A DNA stretch of 63,841 nucleotides, filler included, from Globobulimina sp. (GCA_003354225.1; 20 parts of 20 records of this genome joined end to end with filler, not necessarily neighbours in it), one strand, 5' to 3'. Positions 23,467-36,035 are shown, counted from the first letter of the whole stretch. Translations and numbers: made by a program. Notes: generated from the letters alone by a model not told the origin.

Positions 23467-25472
23467 ATGACGAATTATCATGAGAATAATAGAAATTATG
23501 ACGCATCGATGCGTTATCAATATAATCATGCAAAAAGATCAAGAAAACTTGATTATGAAAAACGAGATAGATTTCAGAATAATAATAATAATTATTCTAA
23601 CTGTTATCAACAAAACAAATATCGATATCAGGGCAGTCGCCGCAATCGAGAAAGGCAGCAATACCGCACATATAAGAAAACGTATAATATGCATTATGAT
23701 GCAAATGGTTTCAATAATTTCTACAATGAATGTAAAATAAATAAATGGCTGTCAAATCAAGACGAAACAACGCAAAGTATATTAAAAGATACAATCGGTT
23801 TAGAATTTGACATTGAATTTTATAGATCAGGATCGATAAAAAATAATCATGGATGGAAAGCTGGTCATAGTTTTGAAGCAGAACATAAAAAAGTTAATTT
23901 TTATTAATTTTAATTCAATGGTTTGATCATGAATGAATTTAACACGATGCCATACTGCGCAATATACAGTTTTGTGTACCTTTGGCGAAAAACGAATCGA
24001 GATTTGTCAAAATGATGATATTATCATCAGATTATCCCACAAAAGAATATCGAAGACGGACAAATGAAACAAAAATTCATTATAAAAAGTGGGGGCAACG
24101 CAAACTGTTAATGACTGAAATCCAATTTTTGTCCAAATATTGCGATTTAAGCACGCAATTAACAGTGGTCTATGCGGGGGCTGCTCCGGGTTCCAGTATA
24201 CCGTTTTTAGCCGATTTGTTTCCAAATCTTTCCTTTGAACTATGGGACCCGGCTGGCTTTCATGTGGATAATTTCAGCCATGACCGTATTTTAGTAAACA
24301 ATGGCTGCAAACATCATGATTTTCGGGATCCGCTGCTGATGAAACACAATAATACGAATGAGGAATGCTGTTATTTTACAGATGAGATCGCGAAACAATA
24401 TGGAGAGAGAGTGAGGAATGGAGAGAAGATATTATTTATATCTGATATTCGTAGCGCCGACGCAGAAAACCAGAATGCTTTGGATCACGAAGATTTTGTA
24501 CTGCGAGATAACGAATTGCAATTTAAGTGGCTTGAATATATAAATCCACTCAGCGCACATTTAAAATTCCGGTGTCCGTATCCGGACCGCTTTGCTGATT
24601 TGGATAACTATGAATATTTGGACGGACGCTTATATTTTGAGCCGTGGTTAGCTCCGACTTCGACAGAGATGCGATTAGTTGTTGACAATTCTAAAACGGC
24701 GCCATCGCGAATTAAGAAGAAAATATATAATATACACAAATATGAGCAACAACTATTTTGGTGGAATACTGTGGCTCGCCAAACCTTTATAAATAATCCA
24801 TATTATTGCGCACAAATCGGATTTGTACATAGCTTCGATTGTTATTTGGAAGCAATGATTTTAGAGCAATATTTCACAAAAATGTTTACATTTCGGCACA
24901 ATAATTATGACGTTTTAAAATATTTGATACCGTTAACGGTGCATCGAATCACAAAAATGTTGTCGCCAAAAGGTAGGAACACATTATTGACGCGATTTAA
25001 ACGGTCGTCAGTTTATAAACAAATTGATCATAAAAAATTTCATCAAGAAATGGATAATGATAAAAAACGAAAAGAAAAAGAAAAAACGCATTTAAATGCA
25101 TTGCGATTTAATAATAATTGCAAGCAAAAACAATTGAAAACGCGGGAATGTATAAAAGAATTAAATGATTCGGGTAAGAAATATAAATTAATTGTGAAAT
25201 ATTTAAAGGAATACTTGAAAATTAAGGATATTAAAAACTTATTGATTGATAAATGCAATAATATGGACAATAAAATTGAAATAATTAAAGGTGGAAAATT
25301 GAAAACTGGCAAATATAAAATATTTTATCATAACAATACAGCCCATTGCCTTTATCACAATGCATCCATTCCAATTCCATCATGTTTGATTTTTATTGTT
25401 GCATTGACATATTACAAATTGCGCATTCTTATCATTATAATTATTGCGACGTCGACGCCAATGTTTCAATGA
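23467..25472 (+). CDS. Cap-specific mRNA 2'-O-methyltransferase, poxvirus VP39 / poly(A) polymerase small subunit family; 1 intron
   Basis: WGQRKLLMTEIQFL, VVYAGAAPG, LWDP, LFISDIRS, HLKFRCPY and PTSTEMRL supply the K-D-K-E tetrad. Phase-0 intron 23893-23969 joins the two ORFs. Confidence 0.88.
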
Positions 25473-25626
25473 AAAGCTGTTATTACATCGATGTNNNNNN
25501 NNNNNNNNNNNNNNNNNNNNNNNNNNNNNNNNNNNNNNTTAATTAATTAANNNNNNNNNNNNNNNNNNNNNNNNNNNNNNNNNNNNNNNNNNNNGGATTT
25601 GGTGCATATGCTAAGCGAATACCGTA

Positions 25627-25704
25627 GGGCATGTAATGTTCGCGCGCATGTAATGTTCGCGCCAGCATGTTGGCGCGAACAATACATGCGCGGACAATAC
25701 ATTC
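25627..25704. repeat. About 78-bp imperfect palindrome flanked by TA (MITE-like)
   Basis: CATGTAATGTTCGCGCCA-gcatgt-TGGCGCGAACAATACATG core with duplicated arms. TA lies on both sides (25625-25626 and 25705-25706). Confidence 0.7.
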
Positions 25705-26858
25705 TATATCCAATGATGGCATTCGCCTGTGCCATTGGCGCTGCGTTGTGTTCAATTCCAGCATTGGCACTGCGAAATCTGCTACGAATATTGCGCGGGT
25801 CGGTGAGCCTGCAGGGTTTCCGGGGTTAGGATTTCCCTGATTATTCTTTTGCTCATGTTCGGCTTTCTCTTCCTGTCTTGGGTGTTCGACAGACATTTTG
25901 CAGGGTTTCTGTTTTCTGCAAACTTGTATCTTTTCTTAGTTTTATTTTTCAATTATATTTCTTGGTTGACGTAGTTGTGACGTCAGAATTGTGTTTTGGT
26001 GACACCAAAAACTTTTTCCGAAAACTTTTTTAGTTTCTTTCTTCTTTGGGGGTGTGGCCTTGGTTTCGTTTAATTCCCAGATAAAAAGACGCACCACTGT
26101 TGTAACGGCTTGAGTTCAGGGTTTGTATACGGGACGGTAACGTTTCTATGACGGTATACGGTGTACAAATGTATAAAGGTATAGCGGTATATAGAGTGTG
26201 CAAGAAAGTGCAAAGGAAGATAAAAAGGAAATATAAATTATTAAAACTTAATAAATTCACAACAGATCTTTATAAAATAAAACATTTTTTGTTTGGGCTA
26301 ATTTGCGATAATCATGTTTCGCACCACGATATCTTACATGACACTAATAAACATTTCCAAGTAATACATCCCAAATCACTTAGAAATCCATGTCATATGG
26401 ACAACATTCACCAAACAAAACGATACTCACAGTCATCATGACACGTTAGAATCCTTAAAGTTTTTAGTTCGGTGAGTAGTTCAAGCCGGCATCTATTTAT
26501 TTACAAGCTCTATGCAATTACACGCCGCACCTCCCGCACGAAACAGAAGTTCACAAACACGCTCATCAACACAAAATAACAAAATATTCAAATGTCAGAT
26601 TTACAGAATCCTTATTTTTCCGAAACAACAGCTGCATACCACACTAACAAAGTGTATACCAAATGCCAATATTAAGACACCTTGAAAGTCAAATATTTTT
26701 CTTGGTCTTTGCAGAAAGCGACAACATTTCGTTGTGGGATAAAGGCAGACCCGTATGCATACACCAACCACTATATTTTGTAAAACCCAAAGACTATACA
26801 AGGTTTTTCAGTCCGAAGCTGCCAGGTTAAAGAGAAAGAACACTTACCTTTACTTTCT

Positions 26859-27834
26859 TCATAAAATTTTGCATTCTATGAAAAAACACTGATACAAATT
26901 CACACCGCTCCAGCATTTATCTTTGAATTCGGTAAACAAACTCCATTCGTAATCAGTACTTAATTGTTTGATGTTGTCCACGTTCGCTTTAAATTGCAAA
27001 GCATTTGCACTCTTTATACTTTTTGCGATTTCGATATATCGTCTGTTTTTTTGCCCTGTGTGAACCAAAGTTTGCACAAACATGGGTTTCGAATGACGTT
27101 CAATGCTCGGAGCCGGAACCAAAATATCAATTGATTGTATATAATGCCTTTTGCACCATATATTTTTGTCCATGTCCCATCTAAATTTATTAAATCCGTC
27201 ACTCATGCGGGTAGCTGCGTGCCGTGACTGAATTATTAAATCCGAATGTACGTATGTGTCAAATACATGGATCCCATCCAACTACGAGCTTCAGTCGTGC
27301 CATCCAATATCGCAAATTCAGTTTGCATTTTGCTATATCTTTCTTGGCTGTGTATATGTTTTTCGTTCTTGATTAGGTCTATACTGCGCACAAAGTTTCT
27401 TCTCTTGTATCATACAAGGTATGCCTGGAAGCCGGCCTTGACCTGTACAAATGTGAACGGCTTGTTTTATAGTTAAACAATGCCTCGATGAACTTTCCCG
27501 GATAATATTTTTTAAAACGATTATACACTTTCATTGGCCCATCTTCAAACGTTACCTTTGCGTTATTGGATAACAATGGCGATATTTTGGTTGTGTTTGA
27601 TCTGAGTAAATGGAGTCGGTGACATTCAAACATATATTGTTCTGGAGTCAAATAATCTAAACTTTGAGCTCAATACACATTCGTCAATCTTTTGTTTGAA
27701 TCCAATCTGGTTGGGTCAGTATCTATGAAGTCAGAAATAAGTGGATATATTGTACGTTTTCTTTTTAACAACGCCAAAATTAATGCCCTTGTTGAGGGGG
27801 TTTCAAGTGCTTTGTCAAGTGCTTTGTTCGAAAC
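26859..27834 (-). pseudogene. Fragmented ORF of unknown family, likely a decayed mobile-element gene
   Basis: Protein-like reading frames broken by an in-frame TGA (about 27670) and frameshifts, no introns, next to an inverted-repeat array. Confidence 0.4.
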
Positions 27835-27837
27835 TTA

Positions 27838-28545
27838 GTGCCCTGTCCAAAATTTATCCCGATTTGTATTTTATTTATACGGAATTGTCGTATAACAGCC
27901 AAGTGCCCCTATCATGATTTCGACAACGGCACTTGGCTGTTATACGAAAATTTTACAGAAAAAAACCAAAAAAAGAAGTGTGTGTTTCTTAAAATGGTCG
28001 TATGCAATTTCGCGTGGAAAAAACATTACCAAGCTATACATAAGGGCATCGATGTTTTTGTACGAGGGCATCGATGTGTCCTTGTGTATTTTGACCTGGC
28101 TAATCACGATTTCGACAACCACACAATTTCCAAATTGTATACTTGCTCAAGGGGTGCGTTGTCCCTTGTTATTTTCATGTCCCTCTCATGTTGCCCTGGT
28201 TGCGTATTAACTCACTCATGTTGCCCTGGTCACTTGTCCCTATCTTTGTACCCAGAAAATAAATATTTGGAAAGGGGTTAAACGGTATACAAACAGACAG
28301 AGGGCACTTTGTAAAAATGTATACAAACGGTATACAAATTGTGGACAGGGCACAAATTTTTGAACAAAGGGCACTCAAAAAGTGAGTTTTGGCAAGGAAA
28401 TGTCTCGACGGAGGCACAAGATGGACCTGGCACTTGGCTGTTATACGACAATTCCGTATAACAAATAAACAAAATCGAACCTTGCACATGACAACGGCAC
28501 AATTTTCGACCAAAGGGCACCGGACAACGGCACAATTTATATCCA
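27838..28545. mobile_element. Foldback/MITE-like segment with nested inverted repeats
   Basis: Perfect 33-bp inverted repeat at 27875-27907 and 28429-28461, a third 20-bp copy at 27928-27947, a 12-bp IR at 27838-27849 and 28342-28353, and repeated GACAACGGCAC motifs. Confidence 0.65.
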
Positions 28546-28791
28546 AACGGCATACCTGACCCATTATATTGGTACTTCCCTCCTGCTTTACAGTTATATA
28601 CGCAAGCGAGGTATTTCATTATGGATAATTCATGGGAACGATCAGGCACAATTGGGCTCAGATGCGCTGCTGATGCTGTACAACCCTCCATNNNNNNNNN
28701 NNNNNNNNNNNNNNNNNNNNNNNNNNNNNNNNNNNTTAATTAATTAANNNNNNNNNNNNNNNNNNNNNNNNNNNNNNNNNNNNNNNNNNNN

Positions 28792-29922
28792 AAATTTGTT
28801 TTGTTTCTCACGTTCTGATAACAAAGATGCATTCAACGAATCCGCAGCTTCCTTTTATTTAATTATTAATAATACAATGAAATATCAATAAAATAATTGC
28901 ACTTAACATGAAATGATACATTGGCTGCCTTCACTTTACCCAATAAAATAGCCGTTGTTATTGGCACATCGTGAAACTTAATTTTTGCGGCAATAACAGT
29001 CTGCAAAAAAACAAGCATAATACACAAACATATATGGTCGGACATTAAATACCATTCGGAAAAATTCTTCCAATGCATCTATGTCCGTTGTTGCTTTACG
29101 AAGTGAAAAATCAGTGCTTTCATCATCTAAATTTGCAGTTGATTCGAAATAGCCTAATTGTTGGAGGTCGTTATGCAAATCGTCAGAACTATTTAGTGAA
29201 ACCTTTCTATGCACCGCAACATGTTCCGTTATATGTGCGTTTGCAATTTGTTGTTGTTCATTTAATTGGCGTCGCAATGATTCATTTTCCAGTTGAAGTT
29301 GTTGCAATGCTTGGCAGTATTTTGTGATTTCGAGTTGTGTGTTTTCTGTTAATTCATTGTTTGCGTTTTCAAATTGGGTGATTTGTAATTTTAAATCTTC
29401 ATTTTCGTTTTCTTGATGGCATAGGTTTCGTGCATTTATTTCTGCGTTTTCTAAAAATTTACCACATTTTTCTTGCTCAGAATGCAGGAATTCTTGCAAT
29501 GTTTTTTTTTCATGATTTAATTTGGAGATTAGGTCGTTGGCAGTGTGCTGATTGAAAGAATCCGAGGAGTTACGAGCTACGGACGATGTATCATTCATTG
29601 ATTTTAATAATGCATATTCTTCGCGTAACTGTCCAATGCTTTTCTGAGATTCAATTAATTTTTTATGCAATTCATCCGATTCGACACCACTTCGCGTGGC
29701 GGTCACCTCCAACATTTCATTCGTTCTTTTCAGTGTCTCGAGTTCGTCCTCGCTTTCCTTCAATAATTTTGTGCTATCTTTCAGCTTATTGTGTAAATCG
29801 TCATTTTCATTCACTAATTGTTGTCCCATTGACGCTGCAGTTTGAAGCATCGAGTTTTTTATCTGGAGATCTTTTTGCAATTCGATTAGTTGTTGTTGCA
29901 GTTCCATTAGAACTCTATTCAT
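28792..29922 (-). CDS. Long coiled-coil protein with an N-terminal AAxxG (CC1-box-like) motif; spliced at the 3' end
   Basis: LQTAASMGQQLVNEN and heptad repeats. Splicing gives EEFFRMTVIAAKIKF...VSFH. Confidence 0.7.
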
Positions 29923-30127
29923 ATTTAATTCATATTTTGTATATATATTTTGCAGCTTGATTGGGAATTAAAGAAACTTTACTTGGTATCGCCAATAATT
30001 TCACTTTAATTTATGTAAAAGTCAACACCTTTATTACTAATGTATGTATGTATTTTAATACCTGTTGGATTTTTCGTTTGTTTGTGCCATTCTTTACAGC
30101 AAAAAAAAACAAAATTGAAAATTATTA

Positions 30128-31156
30128 ATGCTGTTTACTTCTTTCATTGCCATTGCATTAGTTTTGCTGACTTATATTATTTGGTATCGTTATCGCAACA
30201 TTGACTGTGATTTGGCAACCTATCGATGCAAAGTACAGAAATCTTATTTTGCAAACAAGAATATTTGGATTACAGGATGTTCCTCAGGAATTGGCAAAGC
30301 ATTGACATATTATTTGAGCGATCCAAGCTTTAATGTTAAAACATTAATCATCTCAGCTCGCTCAAAACGGAATTTATTGCAAATCCAATCTGAAATCAAT
30401 CAACAAATCAACAAAAACATTCAAATTATAGTATCTGATTTTGATTTGAATGAAATTAATGTCGAATATTACAATGAAAAATACAATGAAATGATGGGCC
30501 AAATGGGTGAAGAAAGTATGATTGATATATTGATAAACAATGCCGGTTTCAGTATGAATACATTTGCCTCAGATATGAATATAAAAAATGATATTTCAAT
30601 GTTCAAAGTGAATCTCATTTCGCCCATTATTTTGCTGAAATTGGTGTTATCCAAAATGATTGAAATGAGATGTGGAGACATTGTATGTGTGTCGAGCATT
30701 CATGCCAGAATCAAGCCGTGCTGCAGAACCACATATAGCTCCACAAAAGCGGGCATCTTAGCCTTTCACGAAAGTTTATTGGACGAAGTCAAGGATTATA
30801 ATATTAATATCAGTGTAATTTTGCCAGGGCCAACAGCAACAAATGTCAATATGCTCGATAAAAATATTGGAAATAAGTTTGGAAATACAATGTTTGAACA
30901 ACAAGAGAATGAGAGTGAGAATGAAAAAGAGAATGAGAATAAAGATGATTGGATATCAACAGGAATGGATGCAAATAGATGTGCTGAGTTAATATGTGTT
31001 GCAATGAGCAATGCAATATTTGAGAGTTGGCCTTGTATCAAACCAATATTATATTCAATGTATATGGCCTATTATTTGCCATCTATATATCACTGGTGGT
31101 ACAAACCATGGACTCTCTCTCCAAAACTCAAACAAAATGCTGGTTATAATTTATAA
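30128..31156 (+). CDS. Short-chain dehydrogenase/reductase, DHRS7-like
   Basis: N-terminal TM anchor, WITGCSSGIG, LINNAG, YSSTK and LPGP. Confidence 0.93.
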   Translation: MLFTSFIAIALVLLTYIIWYRYRNIDCDLATYRCKVQKSYFANKNIWITGCSSGIGKALTYYLSDPSFNVKTLIISARSKRNLLQIQSEINQQINKNIQIIVSDFDLNEINVEYYNEKYNEMMGQMGEESMIDILINNAGFSMNTFASDMNIKNDISMFKVNLISPIILLKLVLSKMIEMRCGDIVCVSSIHARIKPCCRTTYSSTKAGILAFHESLLDEVKDYNINISVILPGPTATNVNMLDKNIGNKFGNTMFEQQENESENEKENENKDDWISTGMDANRCAELICVAMSNAIFESWPCIKPILYSMYMAYYLPSIYHWWYKPWTLSPKLKQNAGYNL

Positions 31157-31269
31157 AATATATTAAACTACACATCCTTGCACATGTATGTACAAGTTAT
31201 AATTGTTAAACATTTAACATTCAACTTCTTGACTTGATTTATTTGAGCAGTTTTTATTCTCACTGTGTC

Positions 31270-31888
31270 ATGATGGGAAAACAAGAAAATTGTGAAAACA
31301 TGTTAAACAAAGGAGATGTCGTTACCAAACCTAAAAATGGCAATGGCTTTAATATTAAAATAATAACATGGAATTTATGGAGCATATTTGTGTTTTCCCC
31401 GCGCTGTTTAACAAATCCGCATCGCTGTACAGATTATATAATGGAAGTAGCAGATAAAGAAAACTGGAAAAGTTATGATGGTTTAATAGTATGCGGCTTT
31501 CAAGAATTATGGAAATGGAATACTGGGATATTTCCATCCATTATATTATCAAAATTTATATTTTACATTGAATATTTAACGGTAATCCGGATTGGCGAAA
31601 TTATCTCACGCTTTGTGCAAGCAATTACATTTATTATTGGCATCATTCCAATATTCAAAATATTATCAATATTTAATTATTGTCCAAAGCAAATGGTAAT
31701 CAATAAATTATCATCCATTGGTCTTACATATAATTATTATGACAATAAAATACCATTATTACCATTATTTAGAATATGCGATAATGGCTTATTATTATTA
31801 TTCAATCAAAAAGCTGATATTTATGGTTCACAAAGTTTTAATTCATCGTCGCACGACGACTGGATGGCAAATAAAGGATTTATTTATG
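31270..31888 (+). CDS. Endonuclease/exonuclease/phosphatase-fold protein (sphingomyelinase-like), 3' truncated
   Basis: KIITWNLW, VCGFQELW, DNGLLLL and DWMANKG. Confidence 0.75.
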
Positions 31889-31988
31889 NNNNNNNNNNNN
31901 NNNNNNNNNNNNNNNNNNNNNNNNNNNNNNNNTTAATTAATTAANNNNNNNNNNNNNNNNNNNNNNNNNNNNNNNNNNNNNNNNNNNN

Positions 31989-32769
31989 ATGAGCCATGTT
32001 TGACGCCGACGTTGGAAGAGTGGTAATTTAATAATCCCTGATATCCATCGGTTACTATACGCGAAGACAACGAGGTTTGTTCCCGATGGGGCCGCTTCGA
32101 GATTAGTTTGAGACATTCATTCAACACTTTGCACCCACCGATGCGCACTGTTTCTGACTTATCGCGGATCGCATTCACAATTTTCACGATGATTTCATTG
32201 ATGTGCACGTTGAATAATATCGGTACAGAGATCGCATATTCACACAGGATCCACACAGCTGCGATTTTGTGCTGTTCGCAGCAGGTTTGTTTGTTGTAGG
32301 AGGAAGAGATCCATTTAATGGATTGTTTGATTTGCGACTCGACGATGCGTTTGCTGTAATTGCCAGATAATGGCACCAAACTGCCCAAGGTTTGCGTGCA
32401 TAACGCAATCACCGATATGTTGTTATGGAGGTTGCATTTTAATAAGATTTCGCGTAAATATGTGGCATATCGACTGAAGAATTCTTGCAGTTCCTCGTGT
32501 TTGTCGATTATATGTGTGATGAGCTCAGAGATTAATAAGATGCCACCGATGATTTCATGGGGTAAGGTGCTGAACACACAGCCTTTGATTTTCTCATCCA
32601 ACAGACTCGAGAGAATGAAGTTGTATTCAGACACACTCGAACAATCCGTTAGTAATATATCACGAAAGTCTGCGGCTGTGGAGATTTGCAGATCTGGGTC
32701 TTCTTTGTTTTTTAGATTGTTCCATAACAGCGAAGAATCTAATTTGGAGAATAACGTTTCATTGTTCAT
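31989..32769 (-). CDS. TOR: Target of rapamycin kinase, N-terminal HEAT region (partial)
   Basis: FSRYATYLREIL, KIAAVWILCEYAISVPILF, AIRDKSETVR and KHGS match TOR N-terminal HEAT motifs. Confidence 0.8.
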
Positions 32770-32869
32770 CCTTGCACTCACTCAGTTTGCCATTCATTTG
32801 CAATTCTTACTTGGACTTTATGATAATCGAACAAGTTAAAAATAAAGAAAATGTTTAATTGGTTGAACT

Positions 32870-33766
32870 TTAACCAGTTACAAAGTTAATTTTGACTTTA
32901 TTTTGGTTCGGCGGGTTTCTATATTGAGTTTGTATAATGTTTTGATAAGCTGTTTGATTAAAATCTTCTCCCAAAAAATCAAAAATCCTTTCCACCTTTT
33001 CATGATCAAACATATCTTCAAAGGTCGAGAAAAAAACATAATCTGTATTGTTTTCATAAAATTGTTTGAATCTTGAATTGCAATCCAATAACACCCGCTC
33101 ACTACGCGAAGGATTGCGTGCCCACCACGACGATTGTGATTGTTTCGTAATATTCTGTCTCGTATGAACTATTACTTTTGTTTTAGGAAATAATTCTTTG
33201 AATTCTGCAATTAAATGCATGTTGCTATCCGGACAATATCTTATTTCTTTGAATCCCCAAACGGAAACATTCTCAATTTTATACATATCAACTATGGTTT
33301 TCCTGATACTTTCTCTGATTTCACTAAAATTATATGAGTTATACCAGGCCGGTTTGTACGAGTTTTTGATAAAATAATCATATTTGTAAGGCGTAAGACC
33401 ACCGGGAATGTTTTCTGTCGAACTTTTTTTAAGATTTTGATAAAATTGCAGTAGATGCATGACTGCGGCCCATGTCTCACCACAAATATTTGAATTTGGG
33501 ATAGTATTTAGTATTAATTGCATTGTAGTTGAACCACTTCGGCCAGTTGCTGCTATTAATACAATCTTATCATTTTTGATATAATCAGCTGTAGAATCTG
33601 TATAATTATAAACAATGGAATTGTGTTCTAGAATTGTGAGCTGATTGTAGAATGTAGCAGGACTGGATATATATAATATGATCCCAATTGCGAATACAAA
33701 TGCAATAATAATAGAGGTTATACATCTCTTGCCAATGGAAGCTGGTTCCTTTTCATCTGGTATCAT
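32870..33766 (-). CDS. Type II membrane sulfotransferase-family protein
   Basis: N-terminal TM, PAPS-binding loop ATGRSGSTT, WGFKEIR and FPKTKVIVHTR. Confidence 0.85.
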   Translation of the reverse strand: MIPDEKEPASIGKRCITSIIIAFVFAIGIILYISSPATFYNQLTILEHNSIVYNYTDSTADYIKNDKIVLIAATGRSGSTTMQLILNTIPNSNICGETWAAVMHLLQFYQNLKKSSTENIPGGLTPYKYDYFIKNSYKPAWYNSYNFSEIRESIRKTIVDMYKIENVSVWGFKEIRYCPDSNMHLIAEFKELFPKTKVIVHTRQNITKQSQSSWWARNPSRSERVLLDCNSRFKQFYENNTDYVFFSTFEDMFDHEKVERIFDFLGEDFNQTAYQNIIQTQYRNPPNQNKVKINFVTG

Positions 33767-33807
33767 TATCAGTGACGTTTTTGCAAGTTCACTTTACTAA
33801 AAAAACA

Positions 33808-34557
33808 ATGGCATTCCAAATGATTCAAACTTTACTGAATATTTTTGAAAAAATAAGAAATTCTGATAATCAAACTGGAATGGATGAGAAATACAATGTT
33901 GATATTCACTCAAATAACTTTACTAAACCATCAAACTGTGATATTGAGTCCCAACTTGTTGGCATATCAATGAAAGAATTATTAGAATGGAAATCAATGG
34001 GTCCTACTAAACCTCATTCAGCATCACATGTTGCTATACTATATTTGAACAAATTAAATAATCGATTATATGTTGCATTGCATCAAAGAACAAAAAAATT
34101 TAAAAATGGCGGAGGTAGACTTGGTTGGCCAGGAGGTATTGCTGATTATAAAAACGAAACAATATTTCAATCCACAATAAGAGAATTAAAAGAAGAATGT
34201 ATGTCAAAAACTAATGTTTCTGCGAAAGATTTACATTTGTTTTATTGTAGAAAAACATCGGAAAATCCAACACAGTTTTATGCGTTGTTTGCATTGTTTA
34301 TTAACGATTTAAAGTTAATAAGTGGACCGGATAAGGATAATGAATGGGAATTAATCGAGAATAAAACATTTGGAATGACCAAACAGAATGGATATCATAA
34401 CTTTTTCTCGTGGCAACTCGACAAGAATTTGAATAAAGTAAAGTTGGTTGATTCGGTTTACAAAATTGAAGCAGATCAATATCAACAGGCTACGAAAAAA
34501 GTATGGGCCAAAAGGTCAATGAAAACATTGTATTATTGCATTAAATGCAATCGATAA
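33808..34557 (+). CDS. Nudix hydrolase
   Basis: Nudix box WPGGIADYKNETIFQSTIRELKEE. Confidence 0.85.
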   Translation: MAFQMIQTLLNIFEKIRNSDNQTGMDEKYNVDIHSNNFTKPSNCDIESQLVGISMKELLEWKSMGPTKPHSASHVAILYLNKLNNRLYVALHQRTKKFKNGGGRLGWPGGIADYKNETIFQSTIRELKEECMSKTNVSAKDLHLFYCRKTSENPTQFYALFALFINDLKLISGPDKDNEWELIENKTFGMTKQNGYHNFFSWQLDKNLNKVKLVDSVYKIEADQYQQATKKVWAKRSMKTLYYCIKCNR

Positions 34558-35185
34558 ATAACTTAATTGCGAGGAGATTTGGTTCAGAACACATGACAAA
34601 AAACTCACACTATTTGACCTCGCATTCATTGCATAACACATAAATTTTTGGATTACATTTTTCATTCATTGCTTGTTTATGTTGTAGAAGATGCTCCAAA
34701 TCCGATCACCATGTTTCATTATGTTTTTTTGTGCCAATTATCCTACCAATTCATATTCTTTCAATATATATGTAGTTTCATTACCATTATCACCGTATTC
34801 TCGATTAAAAATTGTTTAAATGTTATTTTGGCGTTATATGCAATGGTAAAATCTTTAAAATTATCTAAATCATCATTGAATGCAACAAAAATCCATAACT
34901 CATTCCAGTTTGGTGGGTCTTTGATCGATAATGATTTCTGCACCAAAAGAATTGAAATAGTTATATGGCATTGCTTTTTTTCTATTTCGTGAATTATCAA
35001 TCTCGAAAACAAACCTTTTAGATACCTTTATTATGTTTTATGATTCTAATATAATCTGTTGGTTCAATCTTTAAATGTTCCCTTANNNNNNNNNNNNNNN
35101 NNNNNNNNNNNNNNNNNNNNNNNNNNNNNTTAATTAATTAANNNNNNNNNNNNNNNNNNNNNNNNNNNNNNNNNNNNNNNNNNNN

Positions 35186-35875
35186 TGAAGAATTGCAACC
35201 ATTCCTTGCCATAATATTTGTAATATTTACAAATTCATCCATATCAATGCAAGGATTTTGTAATGTATATTTATCAACATTTAACATTCCATTTTTAAAA
35301 TTAATCTCAATATTTTTATCATTAATCATTACGAAAGCTGGATCATTTTTATTTCCTTCAATTTTCATATCATTCTCTTCATTGCATCCATGTGTTTGCA
35401 TAATATCAATTGAATTATCATCAACAATCTTTAAATTTAATTGAAAGTCGTGTATCATTCCTTTGGTTAATGCACAAATAATCTTTAATTTGAATTATTA
35501 ATTAAATATACTGTATATTAATATATATACCAGTACATAGTGCATAGTACATACCATTTTTGCTGTTTTAGCCAATACTATTTCTACAGTTTTCAAATAT
35601 TGAACTACGAATGAAAATTCCTGTTCATGTAATTTATTTAATACATAGGATGGAATGTCATTTGATAATGTACGTTGAGCTAATTTCGCACAACGAATGC
35701 AATTTGTTAACTGTCTTTGAATATCAATTCTATGTTTAATTAATGATAACATGTCACGCGTTGCTGCTTCAATCTGAGCAGATAATTGATCCACTACAAA
35801 TAATTCTGGACTTTCTGCATTATTTTTTCCAGTCATAAAATTTCGGACTTGATGTGCTATATAATGATTATACAT
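35186..35875 (-). CDS. Hypothetical protein, spliced, 3' truncated
   Basis: Two consecutive same-strand ORFs separated by an AT-rich GT..AG segment. No family recognised. Confidence 0.45.
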
Positions 35876-36035
35876 TTTTTCATTTTTATTTTATAATCAC
35901 TGCAAATAGTAAATTAGTTACCTGCATTTCCAGCAGCAGTGATATTATGATGCAAGACTTTTAAATCGAGAGCTGCGAAATAGGTTGCCATAATTATTAC
36001 TTACGTATAAAGAGTTTTGTAAGTACGAGCTCAAT

